From: an uncultured candidate division Zixibacteria bacterium
Lineage (GTDB): Bacteria > Zixibacteria > MSB-5A5 > UBA10806
Assembly (NCBI GenBank): GCA_963801605.1
Contig: CAWDFP010000006.1
Span: 608,001-672,000 of the forward strand
Direction of reading: 5' to 3'
DNA length: 64,000 bases
How positions within the stretch are numbered: the stretch's first letter is position 1; the number at the start of each line of letters is the position of its first letter. The translations under genes and the position numbers were made by a program. Below the pieces are notes generated by a model. It was not told where the DNA came from and did not search any database. It was given only the letters and a program-made list of their open reading frames with translations. Below are positions 1-10,707 of this stretch, piece after piece.

Positions 1-1099
1 TCGGTAATTAATACGCCCCCGAAAGATCGTTTACCGATTATGACCGAAGTCGCCCTGTTTAACGATCGAGTCATTTTCGAGGCAGTGGAACGTGAGCTGG
101 CGCGCGGCGGTCAGGTGTTTTTCGTGCATAATCGCGTGGAATCTATCGACGCTATCTACAATTATTTGAAGCGCTTACTGCCCGCGGTTCAAATCGGCGT
201 TGGCCACGGTCAGATGGTCGGAACGCTCTCTGGAACGGGTCATGCTTAATTTCCTCGAGAAAAAATACCAGGTGCTATTAGCTACCACAATTATTGAATC
301 GGGTTTGGATATACCCTCGGTAAACACGATTATTATCAACCGAGCCGATAAACTTGGACTGGCTCAGCTCTACCAGCTTCGAGGCCGCGTGGGACGTTCC
401 ACCAAGCGTGCCTTTGCATATCTGCTTGTGCCGCCCCTTAAAATGCTCACCGAGAAAGCCCGCAAAAGACTCCGCGCGATCGAGGAGTTCACCGAATTGG
501 GCTCAGGATATCATCTGGCGCTTCGCGATCTGGAGATTCGCGGCGCGGGGAATATCCTTGGTGCTCAGCAGCATGGCTTTATCGAAGAAGTCGGATTTGA
601 TCTTTACTGTCGTCTCCTTGAAGAAGCGGTGGCAGAAATCAAACAGACCGGCCCGGCTCTTGAAAAGATCGAACTTAAGATGCAAACCGATCTCGACCTG
701 TTTGTGCCCGAAACTTACATAGACGATCCCAACCTCAGAGTAGAGCTATATCGCAACGTCTCAAATATCAACGACATCGAACGGCTGACAGCCTTCGCCG
801 AGGAGCTATCGGATCGATTCGGGCCGCTACCGGAGGCGCTGGAAAATTTGCTGAATCTGGCAGAGGCGCGAATTTTGGCAATCAAGTTAGGCGTACAAAG
901 GTTGGTGTTTAAGGATGGCGAGCTATTCCTGGAATTCCCCGTCGACAGGGAGTTTACGAAAAGCGAGATCGAGGGCTGGCATCGACGGGTGCCGCACAAG
1001 ATGGAGTTTAAATCCTTTAACGGTCTTAAGATGCATGCAAAGCTTAAAGAACACAACGGGACTGTCCTCAAAATGACCTTGCAGTCGTTACTGGGTTAA
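1..1099 (+). CDS. mfd: Transcription-repair coupling factor, C-terminal part (5'-truncated by window; +1 indel near 217)
   Basis: Frame 1 from base 1 reads SVINTPPKDRLPIMT...GGQVFFVHNRV. It continues in ORF 200..1099 with TTIIESGLDIP, QLYQLRGRVGR, RDLEIRGAGNILG and a TRCF domain. Removing one g in 'atggtcg' restores QMSERSLE. Confidence 0.97.
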
Positions 1100-1166
1100 G
1101 GTAAATTCTAAATCTGTGGAACATTTAACATTGTGGCGCTCAAAACAGGATAAGGATTATTAAATA

Positions 1167-2891
1167 ATGAGACATGGTTTTGCTGCCATTCTGGCAATCA
1201 TCTTGACATTAAACCTGGCTTGCTCAAAGTCTCCTAAAAGCACTGATGACCCCAGGTACAGCGATAAGCGCATTGCCCTTCAGGAAGGCGATAACAAGCT
1301 GACCCTGGGCGAGGTGCAGAAACATTTTTCGGCGGCGAAATTTGATAGCCCTGAGCAGGAGTTCGATCTTAAAAAGGATTTTGTAAACAAGTTTTTGGAT
1401 CGCTTTCTACTGATGGAAGGCGCCAAAGAAGCGGGGATCGTGGCCGATCTTGACTCATCGATAATTAAGCGCTCGCTTCTGCAGAATTTATATAATGAAA
1501 AAATCATGAAAGAAATAAATGTAACCGACAGCGATATCGATGATTTTTTCAAGCATTACGGAGGGGAGATCGAAGTCGGCATGATTTCGCTTTACGACTC
1601 TACGCTGGCCGACAGTCTCTATCATGCCCTGGAAAAAGGAAGCGATTTCGAGCAGCTTGCCAAAAACTTTTCAAAGCATGTTCTGAGCGCCGAGAAAAAC
1701 GGAAACCTGGGTTATATTTCATACGGCAGACTTAGCGACAAAGTTCAGGATGTGGCTTTCGGTCTGAAAACAGGTGAATTTTCCGAACCCATTAGAACCC
1801 GATCCGACTGGGAAATCATCAAACTTTACGATCGTATTAAAAATACTAAAGATGATCTGGATAAAAACAAAGACAAATATCGGGAGATGACCAATCAGTA
1901 TTTGCAGAAAAAACGGGTCAACGAATTTGTCGATCAATCACGCGCGGATGTCCATTATAAAGTAATCGAGCCTACCGTTAAGATGATGATAACCAAAGCC
2001 GACTCCGTCAAAGCCTCAGGTTCCAGACCAGCCGGGCTACCCACCTCCGCCTACCTGATCCCGGCAAGCTTTACTCAGGACGAGCAGCAAATGTATTTGG
2101 TGCAGTTTGACGGCGGCGGCACCACCGTAAAAGATTATCTGGATCTTATGCGCGGATATGCCCCGGAACGTTCCCCGGAACTTAAAAACAGCATTATCTT
2201 AGATGAAATTCTCGAGGGCCTGACGATGCCGGCGGTATTGGATAAGATTGCTCGACGGGAGGGAATCGACAAATCGCAGGCATTTGTAGATGGCATAGAA
2301 TATCTGAAGGGGAATTTTTTATCACAAAAGATGACAGATAAAATCTATAGCACACTCGATACCATTACCGAAAACGATATCGTAAAATACTACAATGAGC
2401 ATCGCGATGAATATTATATGCCTGATCAAGTTCGCGTCTCGGCCCTTGTCACAAAAACCAGGGATGAGGCCGAAGCTTTGCTAAAACGAATTAAAGGCGG
2501 GGCGCTTTTGCCTCAACTGGCGCTAAAATATTCCTTAGACAGGGAATCAGCGCCAAAGGGCGGAGATTTGGGATTCTTTACCGGCGCCCGATATGCTCCT
2601 ATTTACAAGGCATGCGAAAACATGAAACCGGGAGATTTGGGCGGCCCGATTGAATTAGATGGTAATTGGTGGATTTTTTCGCTTACCGAACGGATACCGA
2701 AATCGCTTAAAAGCCTTGAGCTTGTGCGGCCGGACGTTACAAGTGCCGTCGCTCAAGCCATGCGGGTCAACGCTTATAATAATTGGCTAACTAATATGAG
2801 AGAGAAGACCCGTTACACAATGGATCTTGATCTTATTAAAAATAACCTTACAATGGGTCCTCTCACCCAAAAAGGAAAGGATATTAAATGA
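1167..2891 (+). CDS. Parvulin-type peptidyl-prolyl isomerase lipoprotein (two PpiC domains)
   Basis: Lipobox-like LAC after a signal peptide; two rotamase motifs (FEQLAKNFS...GNLGY; LALKYSLD...GGDLGFF). Confidence 0.88.
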   Translation: MRHGFAAILAIILTLNLACSKSPKSTDDPRYSDKRIALQEGDNKLTLGEVQKHFSAAKFDSPEQEFDLKKDFVNKFLDRFLLMEGAKEAGIVADLDSSIIKRSLLQNLYNEKIMKEINVTDSDIDDFFKHYGGEIEVGMISLYDSTLADSLYHALEKGSDFEQLAKNFSKHVLSAEKNGNLGYISYGRLSDKVQDVAFGLKTGEFSEPIRTRSDWEIIKLYDRIKNTKDDLDKNKDKYREMTNQYLQKKRVNEFVDQSRADVHYKVIEPTVKMMITKADSVKASGSRPAGLPTSAYLIPASFTQDEQQMYLVQFDGGGTTVKDYLDLMRGYAPERSPELKNSIILDEILEGLTMPAVLDKIARREGIDKSQAFVDGIEYLKGNFLSQKMTDKIYSTLDTITENDIVKYYNEHRDEYYMPDQVRVSALVTKTRDEAEALLKRIKGGALLPQLALKYSLDRESAPKGGDLGFFTGARYAPIYKACENMKPGDLGGPIELDGNWWIFSLTERIPKSLKSLELVRPDVTSAVAQAMRVNAYNNWLTNMREKTRYTMDLDLIKNNLTMGPLTQKGKDIK

Positions 2892-3778
2892 CAAGGTATT
2901 TTACACTAATCGGGGCGGCACTAATACTGCTGATATCCTGCGGGACCAAACAGAAGACCGAGGGCACGTCCGAGACTCCCGGCGCAACGAGCGGTACAGT
3001 TCTGGCCAAGGTAAATAATGCGGTTCTGACTTACGAAGATCTGAAGTTACAGCTTCCATCCGAGTATCGCGAGCAGCTGCGAGGCAAAGATCTTCAGGAT
3101 GCCATAGATACCTGGGTAAATACTGAGCTATTAGCTCAACTCGGAGAACAGATGGGTGTCGATAAAAGTCCCGAGATTGCCGCTGTCATGCGCTTCCGCA
3201 AGGCCGACGCCATTGCGCGCCGCCTGGTGGAACTTGAGGTTACGAACAAGACTAAGGTTGAACCCTCCGAGATTGATTCGGCGTATAAAGCAGACAAGGA
3301 AAGCTATAAGGTCGATAAGGACAGAATTAGAGCCAGCCATATTTTGGTCGCCTCCCAGGAAGAAGCTGATGCCATTTATAGCAGACTAAAAAAGGGTGAT
3401 GATTTTGCCCAGTTGGCCCAGGATTATTCAGTCGACAGACAGAGCGCCGCTCAAGGTGGGGATATCGGCTATTTCAGCGCTGATCAGATCGATCCCGATT
3501 TTGGAAAAGCAGCGGATAAACTTCAAGTCGGGGAGTATTCCCAGCCAATTAAAACCAAGTACGGATTCCATTTGATAAAGATAACTGACCGCCTGAAAGC
3601 CGGCACCGACCTGGATAGCGTGGAAGTTAAAACTAAAATCGAGGAAGGGCTTAAGGCATCCAAGCAAGGGCAGGCATTCAACCAGCTTCTTGATTCGCTA
3701 AAAGTAAAAGCTAAAATCGAGCGTTTCACTCCTGCAGGCCTCGGCCTTGAGACGACTCCCGGCACGGTAGGAAAATGA
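2888..3778 (+). CDS. PrsA/PpiC-like peptidyl-prolyl isomerase lipoprotein
   Basis: LISC lipobox; IRASHILV, FAQLAQDYS, GGDIGYF, YGFHLIK parvulin motifs. Confidence 0.92.
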   Translation: MTRYFTLIGAALILLISCGTKQKTEGTSETPGATSGTVLAKVNNAVLTYEDLKLQLPSEYREQLRGKDLQDAIDTWVNTELLAQLGEQMGVDKSPEIAAVMRFRKADAIARRLVELEVTNKTKVEPSEIDSAYKADKESYKVDKDRIRASHILVASQEEADAIYSRLKKGDDFAQLAQDYSVDRQSAAQGGDIGYFSADQIDPDFGKAADKLQVGEYSQPIKTKYGFHLIKITDRLKAGTDLDSVEVKTKIEEGLKASKQGQAFNQLLDSLKVKAKIERFTPAGLGLETTPGTVGK

Positions 3779-5049
3779 GAACATTAAAATACTTTATCAT
3801 TGCGCTGCTGATGTCGGCCCCGGTATTCGCCGAGGTTGTCGATCGTATTGTAGCGGTAGTTGATAAACAGATTATCCTCAAATCGGAGTTGGACGCTCAA
3901 TTACAGTTGTATGCGATGCAGAACAAACTTGATTTGAGCAGACCGGGACTCCGGGATACTCTTCAAAACCAGTTGCTCGACAGGATGATCGAAGATAAAG
4001 TCCTTCTGGTGGAGGCCGAGCGTGATACATTAATTAGCGTCACTAACAAAGAAGTGGAGACGGCGCTTTCCAGTCAAATCGATAAAATAAAGGCGCAATT
4101 TGCCTCAGAGAACGCCTTCCTGGAGCAGTTGCGAACCGAGGGGTTGACCCTGAAGGAGCTTCGAACCCAATACCGCGACGAGGTACGAAATCAACTGCTA
4201 AAAGAAAAATTCATCCAGATGAAGCTGGAAAAGGTGCATATTTCATCGGGTGAGGTTAAAGAGTTTTATGAGGCCAACCGAGATTCTCTTCCCGAAAAGC
4301 CAGCCGGAGTTCGCCTGGCTCACATACTTATAAGCGCCACGCCCAGCCAGGCATCGCGCGATTCGCTCTACCGTTACGCGGAACTTATCCATCAGAAGGC
4401 GGTTGCCGGAGATGATTTTGCTGTCCTGGCCAAAAACTATTCCCAGGATCCCAGCGCGGGCGATGGTGGCGATCTGGGCTGGTTTGGCCGGGGAACAATG
4501 GTTCCGGAATTTGAGGAAGCCGCCTTTGCGCTTCAGCCCGGACAAATTTCGGACGTGATCCAAACGCAATTTGGTTTTCATATCATTAAATGCACCGGCA
4601 AAAAGGAAGATAAGATTAAGGTCAGCCATATCCTGATCCGTCTACAGGCATCCGATGAGGACCTTAGAACCAAGCTTGCCTTGGCTGATAGCCTTTACGG
4701 TTTACTTCAGAACGGTGCAGATTTTGCGGAACTCGCCAAAAAGTATTCTGACGACGAAAGTACTCGTGATGCCGGCGGAGAGCTTGGCTGGTATGCCGCT
4801 GACGATCTTATGCCGGGATTCAAAGAAGCCCTGCAAGGTATTGAAGTCGGGCAGATATCGAAACCGGTAAACAGCGATTATGGATATCATCTTATCAAGC
4901 TTGAGGAACGCCGATCCGCGACGCCGGTGGAATTCAAGGAAGATTATGATACCTTAGCCGAAATGGCTCGTCGGGAAAAAACACAAAAGCAACTCGAGGA
5001 ATATATCGCCAAGGTTTCGGCGGGTATGTATATCGACAAGAGGTTGTAA
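3775..5049 (+). CDS. surA: SurA-like periplasmic chaperone/PPIase
   Basis: Signal peptide, VVDRIVAVV SurA N-terminus, two parvulin domains (LAHILI, VSHILI, GGDLGWF, GGELGWY). Confidence 0.88.
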   Translation: MRTLKYFIIALLMSAPVFAEVVDRIVAVVDKQIILKSELDAQLQLYAMQNKLDLSRPGLRDTLQNQLLDRMIEDKVLLVEAERDTLISVTNKEVETALSSQIDKIKAQFASENAFLEQLRTEGLTLKELRTQYRDEVRNQLLKEKFIQMKLEKVHISSGEVKEFYEANRDSLPEKPAGVRLAHILISATPSQASRDSLYRYAELIHQKAVAGDDFAVLAKNYSQDPSAGDGGDLGWFGRGTMVPEFEEAAFALQPGQISDVIQTQFGFHIIKCTGKKEDKIKVSHILIRLQASDEDLRTKLALADSLYGLLQNGADFAELAKKYSDDESTRDAGGELGWYAADDLMPGFKEALQGIEVGQISKPVNSDYGYHLIKLEERRSATPVEFKEDYDTLAEMARREKTQKQLEEYIAKVSAGMYIDKRL

Positions 5050-5309
5050 TGCGCCTTGACAGATTTTTGTCTGTCGCCCGAATATTTAAGAGTCGATCTA
5101 TGGCCGCGGAGGCTATCCAGGCCTCCATGGTTTTTATAGATAACATAGCGGCCAAGCCTGCCAGAGAAATCAGGCCTGGCCAGATAATCGAAATTGACAC
5201 CCCCCGATTTTATAAAAAATTCGAGGTTCTTGCTTTGCCCATTGGGAATATCAGCAAAAAGGACGCGGCATCATTGTTTAAGCTCATAGAGGAAAGAGTT
5301 AAAGATTGA
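5049..5309 (+). CDS. S4-domain RNA-binding protein (Hsp15/YabO-like)
   Basis: MRLDRFL...FKSRSMA...AKPAREIRPGQII S4 signature; 86 aa. Confidence 0.88.
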   Translation: MRLDRFLSVARIFKSRSMAAEAIQASMVFIDNIAAKPAREIRPGQIIEIDTPRFYKKFEVLALPIGNISKKDAASLFKLIEERVKD

Positions 5310-6613
5310 AATCGTTTTTACACGATACCCAAAAGAGAAAGCCAAAACAACGAGCTATACTGGTAGGGGTTTACAGGAAATCCGATAGAGCCGTCTCAGA
5401 GGATAACCCGCTGGAAGAATTAGCCAGCCTTTGCCGTACCGCCGGAGCAAATGTAGTGGGGCGCATGACTCAGTTTGTAGAGCGCTTTAGCCCGGCTACT
5501 TTTATGGGAAGCGGCAAGGTGGGCGAACTTTCAGAATTGGTGAAAAGTGAAAAGGCCGATATCGTGGTGTTTGATACTATCCTGGCGCCATCGCAACAGG
5601 TAAACCTGGAAAAGCACCTCTCCCGGCAGGTGATCGATCGGCCGGGATTGATACTGGATATATTCGCTATTCATGCCAAAACGCGTGAATCTCGTGCCCA
5701 GGTAGAATTGGCCCAGATGCAATATTTGCTTCCCAGGCTGGCAGGCGGTTGGAAACATCTGGAGCGTCAGGAAGGCGCTATCGGAACCAGAGGCCCCGGC
5801 GAAACGCAGCTTGAAACCGATAGAAGACTGGTGCGAAAACGAATTTCTGATCTTCAAAAGAAACTCTCCGAAATTGAAGGCGAACGGCAGGTTCAACGCA
5901 AAGGGCGAAGCGAACTATTTAATATCTGCCTGGTGGGCTACACCAACGCCGGCAAATCGACCGTTTTTAATAAGCTTACGGGCGAGCACGTTTTAGCCGA
6001 GAATTACCTTTTTGCAACGCTTGACTCCACTACCCGCAAAATAAAGCTTTCCAGGCGAAACGAAGTGCTTCTTTCGGATACCGTTGGCTTTATCCATCGC
6101 CTGCCGGTTTCTTTGGTGGCATCGTTCAAATCAACTCTCCTGGAGGCCTCGGAAGCGGATTTGCTTTTGCATGTAATAGATATATCAGACGAAAAGTTAG
6201 AAGAAAGAATAGCTACCGTAAATGGCATTTTGGATGAGATCGGAGCGGGCGATATACCAATAATTCCGATTTTCAACAAAATTGATCTGCGAAACGATCC
6301 CGATCTCTATCGGGCAATCCTGGGACGTTATCCGGGTGCACATTTTATTTCGGCTGCAACCGGCGAAGGCCTTCCAAGATTGAAGACAGATTTGGAAAAC
6401 CAACTGGAACATTCCCGAGTCACAATTTTGCTATCGGTTAACCCCTCAGACGGTCGCGCTCTTAAACTTGTTAATTCACTGGCGTATGTTTACGAAAGCA
6501 ATAGCGTCGACGGAATTCTCGAAATTAAAGCCAGGTTTCTTAAAACCCGTCTTGGAAAGCTAAAGGGTCAGGGATTAAATTTTAAGGTAATAGACGATGC
6601 CAATGGAGCTTAA
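5306..6613 (+). CDS. hflX: Ribosome-splitting GTPase HflX
   Basis: LILDIFAIHA, GTRGPGETQLETDRR, GYTNAGKST, LFATLD, DTVGFI, NKID. Confidence 0.97.
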   Translation: MKSFLHDTQKRKPKQRAILVGVYRKSDRAVSEDNPLEELASLCRTAGANVVGRMTQFVERFSPATFMGSGKVGELSELVKSEKADIVVFDTILAPSQQVNLEKHLSRQVIDRPGLILDIFAIHAKTRESRAQVELAQMQYLLPRLAGGWKHLERQEGAIGTRGPGETQLETDRRLVRKRISDLQKKLSEIEGERQVQRKGRSELFNICLVGYTNAGKSTVFNKLTGEHVLAENYLFATLDSTTRKIKLSRRNEVLLSDTVGFIHRLPVSLVASFKSTLLEASEADLLLHVIDISDEKLEERIATVNGILDEIGAGDIPIIPIFNKIDLRNDPDLYRAILGRYPGAHFISAATGEGLPRLKTDLENQLEHSRVTILLSVNPSDGRALKLVNSLAYVYESNSVDGILEIKARFLKTRLGKLKGQGLNFKVIDDANGA

Positions 6614-6784
6614 GAACGAAAATTAGCAATACTAGTCTCTTTAGACATATTCGAACCCTCATTTGTCAAAACGGGAGTCCAGATATTATATTAAACGCAA
6701 AATCCACTTGGAAAATTAATTTAGTTAAAGTAAGTTTGATGTAACTGAGTTTGGGAATAAGCCTTTAGCAATGGATAATAGAAG

Positions 6785-7990
6785 ATGGCAAACGTTGAGC
6801 CTAAAGTATTAAGTGAGCGGGCCGAAAAATATCGCGACTTTTCATCCCGTGCACTTTCCGATTTGATCAAAATTAAATCGATATCGGGCGCCGAGGAAGA
6901 GATTGTTAATTTTCTCGAAAGGGAGTTTTACGCTTGCGGAGCCCACGAGGTAACGGTTGATAATTTCGGTAATATAATCGCGCGAATCGGAAACCGCGGG
7001 CCGGTTATCGCCTTTGACGCTCATATCGATACGGTCGATGTCGGCGAGCGCGAGCGCTGGAGCTTCGATCCCTTCAGTGGCGAAATTAGAAACGGGCGAG
7101 TATACGGACGAGGCGCCTCCGATCAAAAGGCCGGCATGGCATCAATGATGACCGCTCTTAAAATTCTTTCGAGTATATCTAACGATCTACCCTTTACCGT
7201 ATTTTTTGTGGGCTCGGTTTTAGAGGAAGATTGTGACGGCCTTTGCTGGCAGTATATCGTAAAAGAAGATAAAATCAGGCCGGATATTATTATTATCACT
7301 GAGCCCACTGACGGGAAGATTAACCGCGGGCATCGGGGCCGAATGGAAATGGAGATTTCAGTTGGCGGAATATCATGCCATGGCTCCGCACCCGAACGCG
7401 GGCAGAATGCTATTTACAAGCTTGCTCCGGTAATTTGCGCTATTGAAAAACTTAATGACAGGCTTGTCACTGATTCCTTTTTGGGCAAGGGAACGCTGGC
7501 AGCTACCCGTATCCGTTCCAATTCGCCATCGCTTAACGCCGTAGCCGATATGGCCTGCCTCTATCTTGATCGCCGTCTCACTCAAGGCGAAACCCCGGAA
7601 ACTGCCCAGGCCGAACTTGAGGCGCTTCCGGAGCTCCAATCCGCCCAGGCCAAAATTACCGTGCCGGTTTTCGAAAATCCAAGCTGGCGAGGGACAATAT
7701 ATCCAACTCTCAAAACTTATCCTGCCTGGGTGCTTCCGGAAAATCACCATCTGATAGATTACGCCGGTCGATGCCACCAGAGACTCTTCAGCGAAGCAAC
7801 GATTATCGATAAATGGGTTTTTTCCACCAATGGTGTGGCTACGATGGGTCTTTTTAAGATTCCATCGTTCGGCTTTGGACCGGGCGAAGAGAAGATGGCT
7901 CATGCTCCTGACGAGTCGGTGGCAATCGATGATCTGGTGAGGTGCGCCGCCTTTTATTCTTATTTCCCCTGGATAGTGGTCGGGCAATAA
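6785..7990 (+). CDS. ygeY: YgeY-family M20 metallohydrolase
   Basis: DAHIDTV, GRGASDQKAG, EEDCDGLCWQYI, HRGRME, WVFSTNGVATMG, AHAPDE, which are characteristic of the YgeY subfamily. Confidence 0.85.
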   Translation: MANVEPKVLSERAEKYRDFSSRALSDLIKIKSISGAEEEIVNFLEREFYACGAHEVTVDNFGNIIARIGNRGPVIAFDAHIDTVDVGERERWSFDPFSGEIRNGRVYGRGASDQKAGMASMMTALKILSSISNDLPFTVFFVGSVLEEDCDGLCWQYIVKEDKIRPDIIIITEPTDGKINRGHRGRMEMEISVGGISCHGSAPERGQNAIYKLAPVICAIEKLNDRLVTDSFLGKGTLAATRIRSNSPSLNAVADMACLYLDRRLTQGETPETAQAELEALPELQSAQAKITVPVFENPSWRGTIYPTLKTYPAWVLPENHHLIDYAGRCHQRLFSEATIIDKWVFSTNGVATMGLFKIPSFGFGPGEEKMAHAPDESVAIDDLVRCAAFYSYFPWIVVGQ

Positions 7991-8011
7991 GATAACGAAT
8001 CCATCTAAACT

Positions 8012-8042
8012 AAAAGCGACTTCACGCCGAAGTCGCTTTTTT
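8012..8042. terminator. Bidirectional intrinsic terminator
   Basis: aaaagcgacttc-acgcc-gaagtcgcttttt, a perfect 12-bp stem between convergent genes. Confidence 0.85.
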
Positions 8043-8072
8043 AATCAAATTCAAATAATTGATAAATCTATG

Positions 8073-9545
8073 TTAGAGCGGGAGGTTTATTTCAGTCACG
8101 GCGCCTGAATCGTTGTAAAAACGTATCTGGCCGCCGTGTTCCTCGATAATTTTCTTGACGATAACCAGACCCAATCCGGTACCGGTGCGTTTTGATGTTA
8201 TATATGGTTGGTCAATCCGCTCCAGTTTCTCAAGTGGAAATCCAGGGCCGTTATCGCGCAACATCAGTTTGACGATATTTTCGGAAAATGAGCAGGAAAT
8301 TGATATTTTTGCTCCAGCCGGCGACGCCTCGAATGAATTCTTAATGAGATTTACCAAAGCGCGTTTCATCATCTGGGGATCGAGATTTAATAGAGGAATA
8401 TCATTCTGGATATCGGTAGTAATTACGTGATTTTGTTCGGCGCTAAAAATATGAACCGAATCTTTAATGATGTTTTTAAGAGAACATTGCAGACGCTTGA
8501 GATCCGGCTCTTTAGCAAATGTCGAAAAATGTTGAGCCAGGTCCCCAAGCGTATCGAATTGAGATCGAATCATTGCCAGAGAATGCAGGGCCTCGTCGGT
8601 GGTACCGAATTTGGGATCGCTTTTTAGCTTTTCCTGCAAACGAAATATCTCTATCCCTATCGGCGTCAGCGGATTTTTTATCTCGTGTGCGATTCTTCGG
8701 GCAACCTCGCGCCACGCCGCCAACCTTTCCGATTCTAATAGCTTGCATTGATTATCTTTTATCTCGGCAGCCATCCTGTTAAAAGAATTTGCTAATTGCG
8801 TAAACTCGTCGTCATGGCGGCCAAGGCTGACACGATAATCAAAGTTTCCGGTACCTATGATTTTGGCCCCATGGGAGAGTTTCTCCAGCGGTCCCGCCAA
8901 CTGCCGACTGATACTGGTTGATAGGACAATTCCCAGTAATAGGGCTATTCCAATACAGCCTGCAGTCGCTACCGCTACAAGTTTTAGGGAAAAAGCCTTA
9001 TAAATTTCGAGGCTGGCCGAGGCCGATATAGAACTAGCCAGTTGTCGTCCGCGTTGACTATATCCCGGCGGCATGAGGATTCCACAGCCTCCATTAAAGG
9101 AGGCCGGTTTTTTAAAGAAGATCAATAGACATCTTTCGCCAATCTCCAACCGCGAATTCTCTAAGAGCGCAGACTCTGACCTGCTTTGAAGGTTTTGAAA
9201 GGTGAAAGAGGATCGTGGAATTGAATCTGATAGCGACAGATACAAACTATCGCCGCTGAGAATAAAAGCCAAATCAACATCGTTAGATTTGCGCCAGGTA
9301 TCGATATCGCCAAGTTTTCCCCAGGCTTTCGAATCATCGGGCATATTTGCAATCAAAAATCGCCCCAGGGTTTCCTGGGTTTGTTCGATAAGCGAATCCG
9401 AGGCCTGTAGGCTGCCTTCGAATCCTCCGGCCCCGACTCGGTTTAAAGTAGAGCTCAACAGATATGTCGAAAATAAAAGCACCGCCAGGGTTGGCAAGAG
9501 AGCTACAAAAAAAATTACGAGTGAGATTTTGGCACGGAAAGACAT
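8073..9545 (-). CDS. NtrY-like HAMP-domain sensor histidine kinase
   Basis: Two TM segments, HAMP (DDEFTQLANSFNRM), H-box AWREVARRIAHEIKNPLTPI, N/G boxes (NLIKNS, DNGPG, GTGLGL). ATG at 9545 preferred as start. Confidence 0.92.
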   Translation of the reverse strand: MSFRAKISLVIFFVALLPTLAVLLFSTYLLSSTLNRVGAGGFEGSLQASDSLIEQTQETLGRFLIANMPDDSKAWGKLGDIDTWRKSNDVDLAFILSGDSLYLSLSDSIPRSSFTFQNLQSRSESALLENSRLEIGERCLLIFFKKPASFNGGCGILMPPGYSQRGRQLASSISASASLEIYKAFSLKLVAVATAGCIGIALLLGIVLSTSISRQLAGPLEKLSHGAKIIGTGNFDYRVSLGRHDDEFTQLANSFNRMAAEIKDNQCKLLESERLAAWREVARRIAHEIKNPLTPIGIEIFRLQEKLKSDPKFGTTDEALHSLAMIRSQFDTLGDLAQHFSTFAKEPDLKRLQCSLKNIIKDSVHIFSAEQNHVITTDIQNDIPLLNLDPQMMKRALVNLIKNSFEASPAGAKISISCSFSENIVKLMLRDNGPGFPLEKLERIDQPYITSKRTGTGLGLVIVKKIIEEHGGQIRFYNDSGAVTEINLPL

Positions 9546-9551
9546 AGGACG

Positions 9552-9581
9552 ATTGTAATTAGAATACCGGCATGCTGTCAA
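9552..9581 (-). promoter_or_regulatory. sigma70-like promoter, probably leaderless
   Basis: Minus strand TTGACA-N18-TACAAT-N6-ATG(9545); no Shine-Dalgarno. Confidence 0.6.
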
Positions 9582-9634
9582 CCTGATTTGCTCAGGGATA
9601 AATGGAATGCCATTAGAGGTAGTTTATTTCCGGC

Positions 9635-9663
9635 TTGACAGGATATCTCCCATTTTGTAGGCT
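9635..9663 (+). promoter_or_regulatory. sigma70-like promoter, probably leaderless
   Basis: TTGACA-N17-TAGGCT-N6-ATG(9670); no SD. Confidence 0.55.
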
Positions 9664-9669
9664 GAATGC

Positions 9670-10575
9670 ATGTCTGGGCATATTTATAAACTCGAGGAAC
9701 TCTCGGCGCCGGCGGTAGGTAATCTTGATCGGAACAAGACGGCTTTCTTTGTTCCTATTTCCCCTCTTGAGGGTCATGGACCGCACCTTCCCGTGGGCTT
9801 AGATTTTTTCGACGCTAATTACTTTGCTCAAACTATGGGCTCAATACTACTTGCGAAACAAGCCGACTTTGATGCTGTTATTCTCCCCGGCATTCCTCTT
9901 GGCGCTCAAGTTTACCGGCAGCCGGGCTCAATCCGAACTGAGCCCCAGGCACTATATAAAGTAACGTATGGAATTGGAGAATCGCTGGCCTCCTGGGGTT
10001 TTCGTTATATCTTTCTACTTTCGGGGCACGGGTCGCCCCGCCATATTGTGGCTCTGGAATCGGCATCTATGAAGATCTCGCGTAAATACGGAGTTCAAAT
10101 GCATAGTCTCTCGGGGGCACTTGCGATCCGCTTTTTGCGAGGCGAGTTTGTAGAACGGATATCCGAAATGATGCCAACGCCACTCACCCTTGATGAAAAA
10201 GAGCTTCTCAAAGGCGATATCCATGGTGGCTGGTGGGAAACATCGATGATGTTGCTTTTAAGGCCCGATCTTGTCGGTGATTATAAAAGCCTTAAAACTA
10301 TTAACAGAGGCGAAAAAGACCCCAAAATAAGGCGAGGTTATTTCGGCTCGCCGGCTTTGGCCAGCCGGGAGTTTGCCGAGGCCTCACTAAAAGTAATGAC
10401 CGAAGAGGTCTCGGAGATAATTGCAAGGGTTATAGCCGGCAGGAACAAGCGCGAAGATACCGTTTCAGTTTTATACAAAATCCCGGCTCTTAGGCCCTAT
10501 TCGACTCTTAAAATCACTCTTTGGGCTATGGCTTTTATAATCCTGGCGCTATTGGCAATAATTATCCTCAGATAA
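9670..10575 (+). CDS. Creatininase/creatinine amidohydrolase family protein with C-terminal TM anchor
   Basis: EGHGPHLPVGLD, SGHGS and DIHGGWWETS metal-binding motifs; hydrophobic C-terminal tail. Confidence 0.88.
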   Translation: MSGHIYKLEELSAPAVGNLDRNKTAFFVPISPLEGHGPHLPVGLDFFDANYFAQTMGSILLAKQADFDAVILPGIPLGAQVYRQPGSIRTEPQALYKVTYGIGESLASWGFRYIFLLSGHGSPRHIVALESASMKISRKYGVQMHSLSGALAIRFLRGEFVERISEMMPTPLTLDEKELLKGDIHGGWWETSMMLLLRPDLVGDYKSLKTINRGEKDPKIRRGYFGSPALASREFAEASLKVMTEEVSEIIARVIAGRNKREDTVSVLYKIPALRPYSTLKITLWAMAFIILALLAIIILR

Positions 10576-10657
10576 CAAATACCGTATCGTCCGGCATTCA
10601 AACCTCAATAAATCATCTGCTACTCGCCTTAATCGCTTATAAATCATTGGATCAGGT

Positions 10658-10683
10658 TAAAGTCTTAATTTGATAGCCGATAT
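10658..10683 (+). promoter_or_regulatory. sigma28 (FliA/SigD)-like promoter
   Basis: TAAA-N14-GCCGATAT about 25 nt before the start at 10708/10711. Confidence 0.5.
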
Positions 10684-10707
10684 ATACTAAGGGAAACGAA
10701 AGGAATT

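Noticed and set aside
1167..5049. Three tandem parvulin genes as a novel system
   Set aside because: mfd followed by PPIase/SurA genes is a familiar conserved arrangement.
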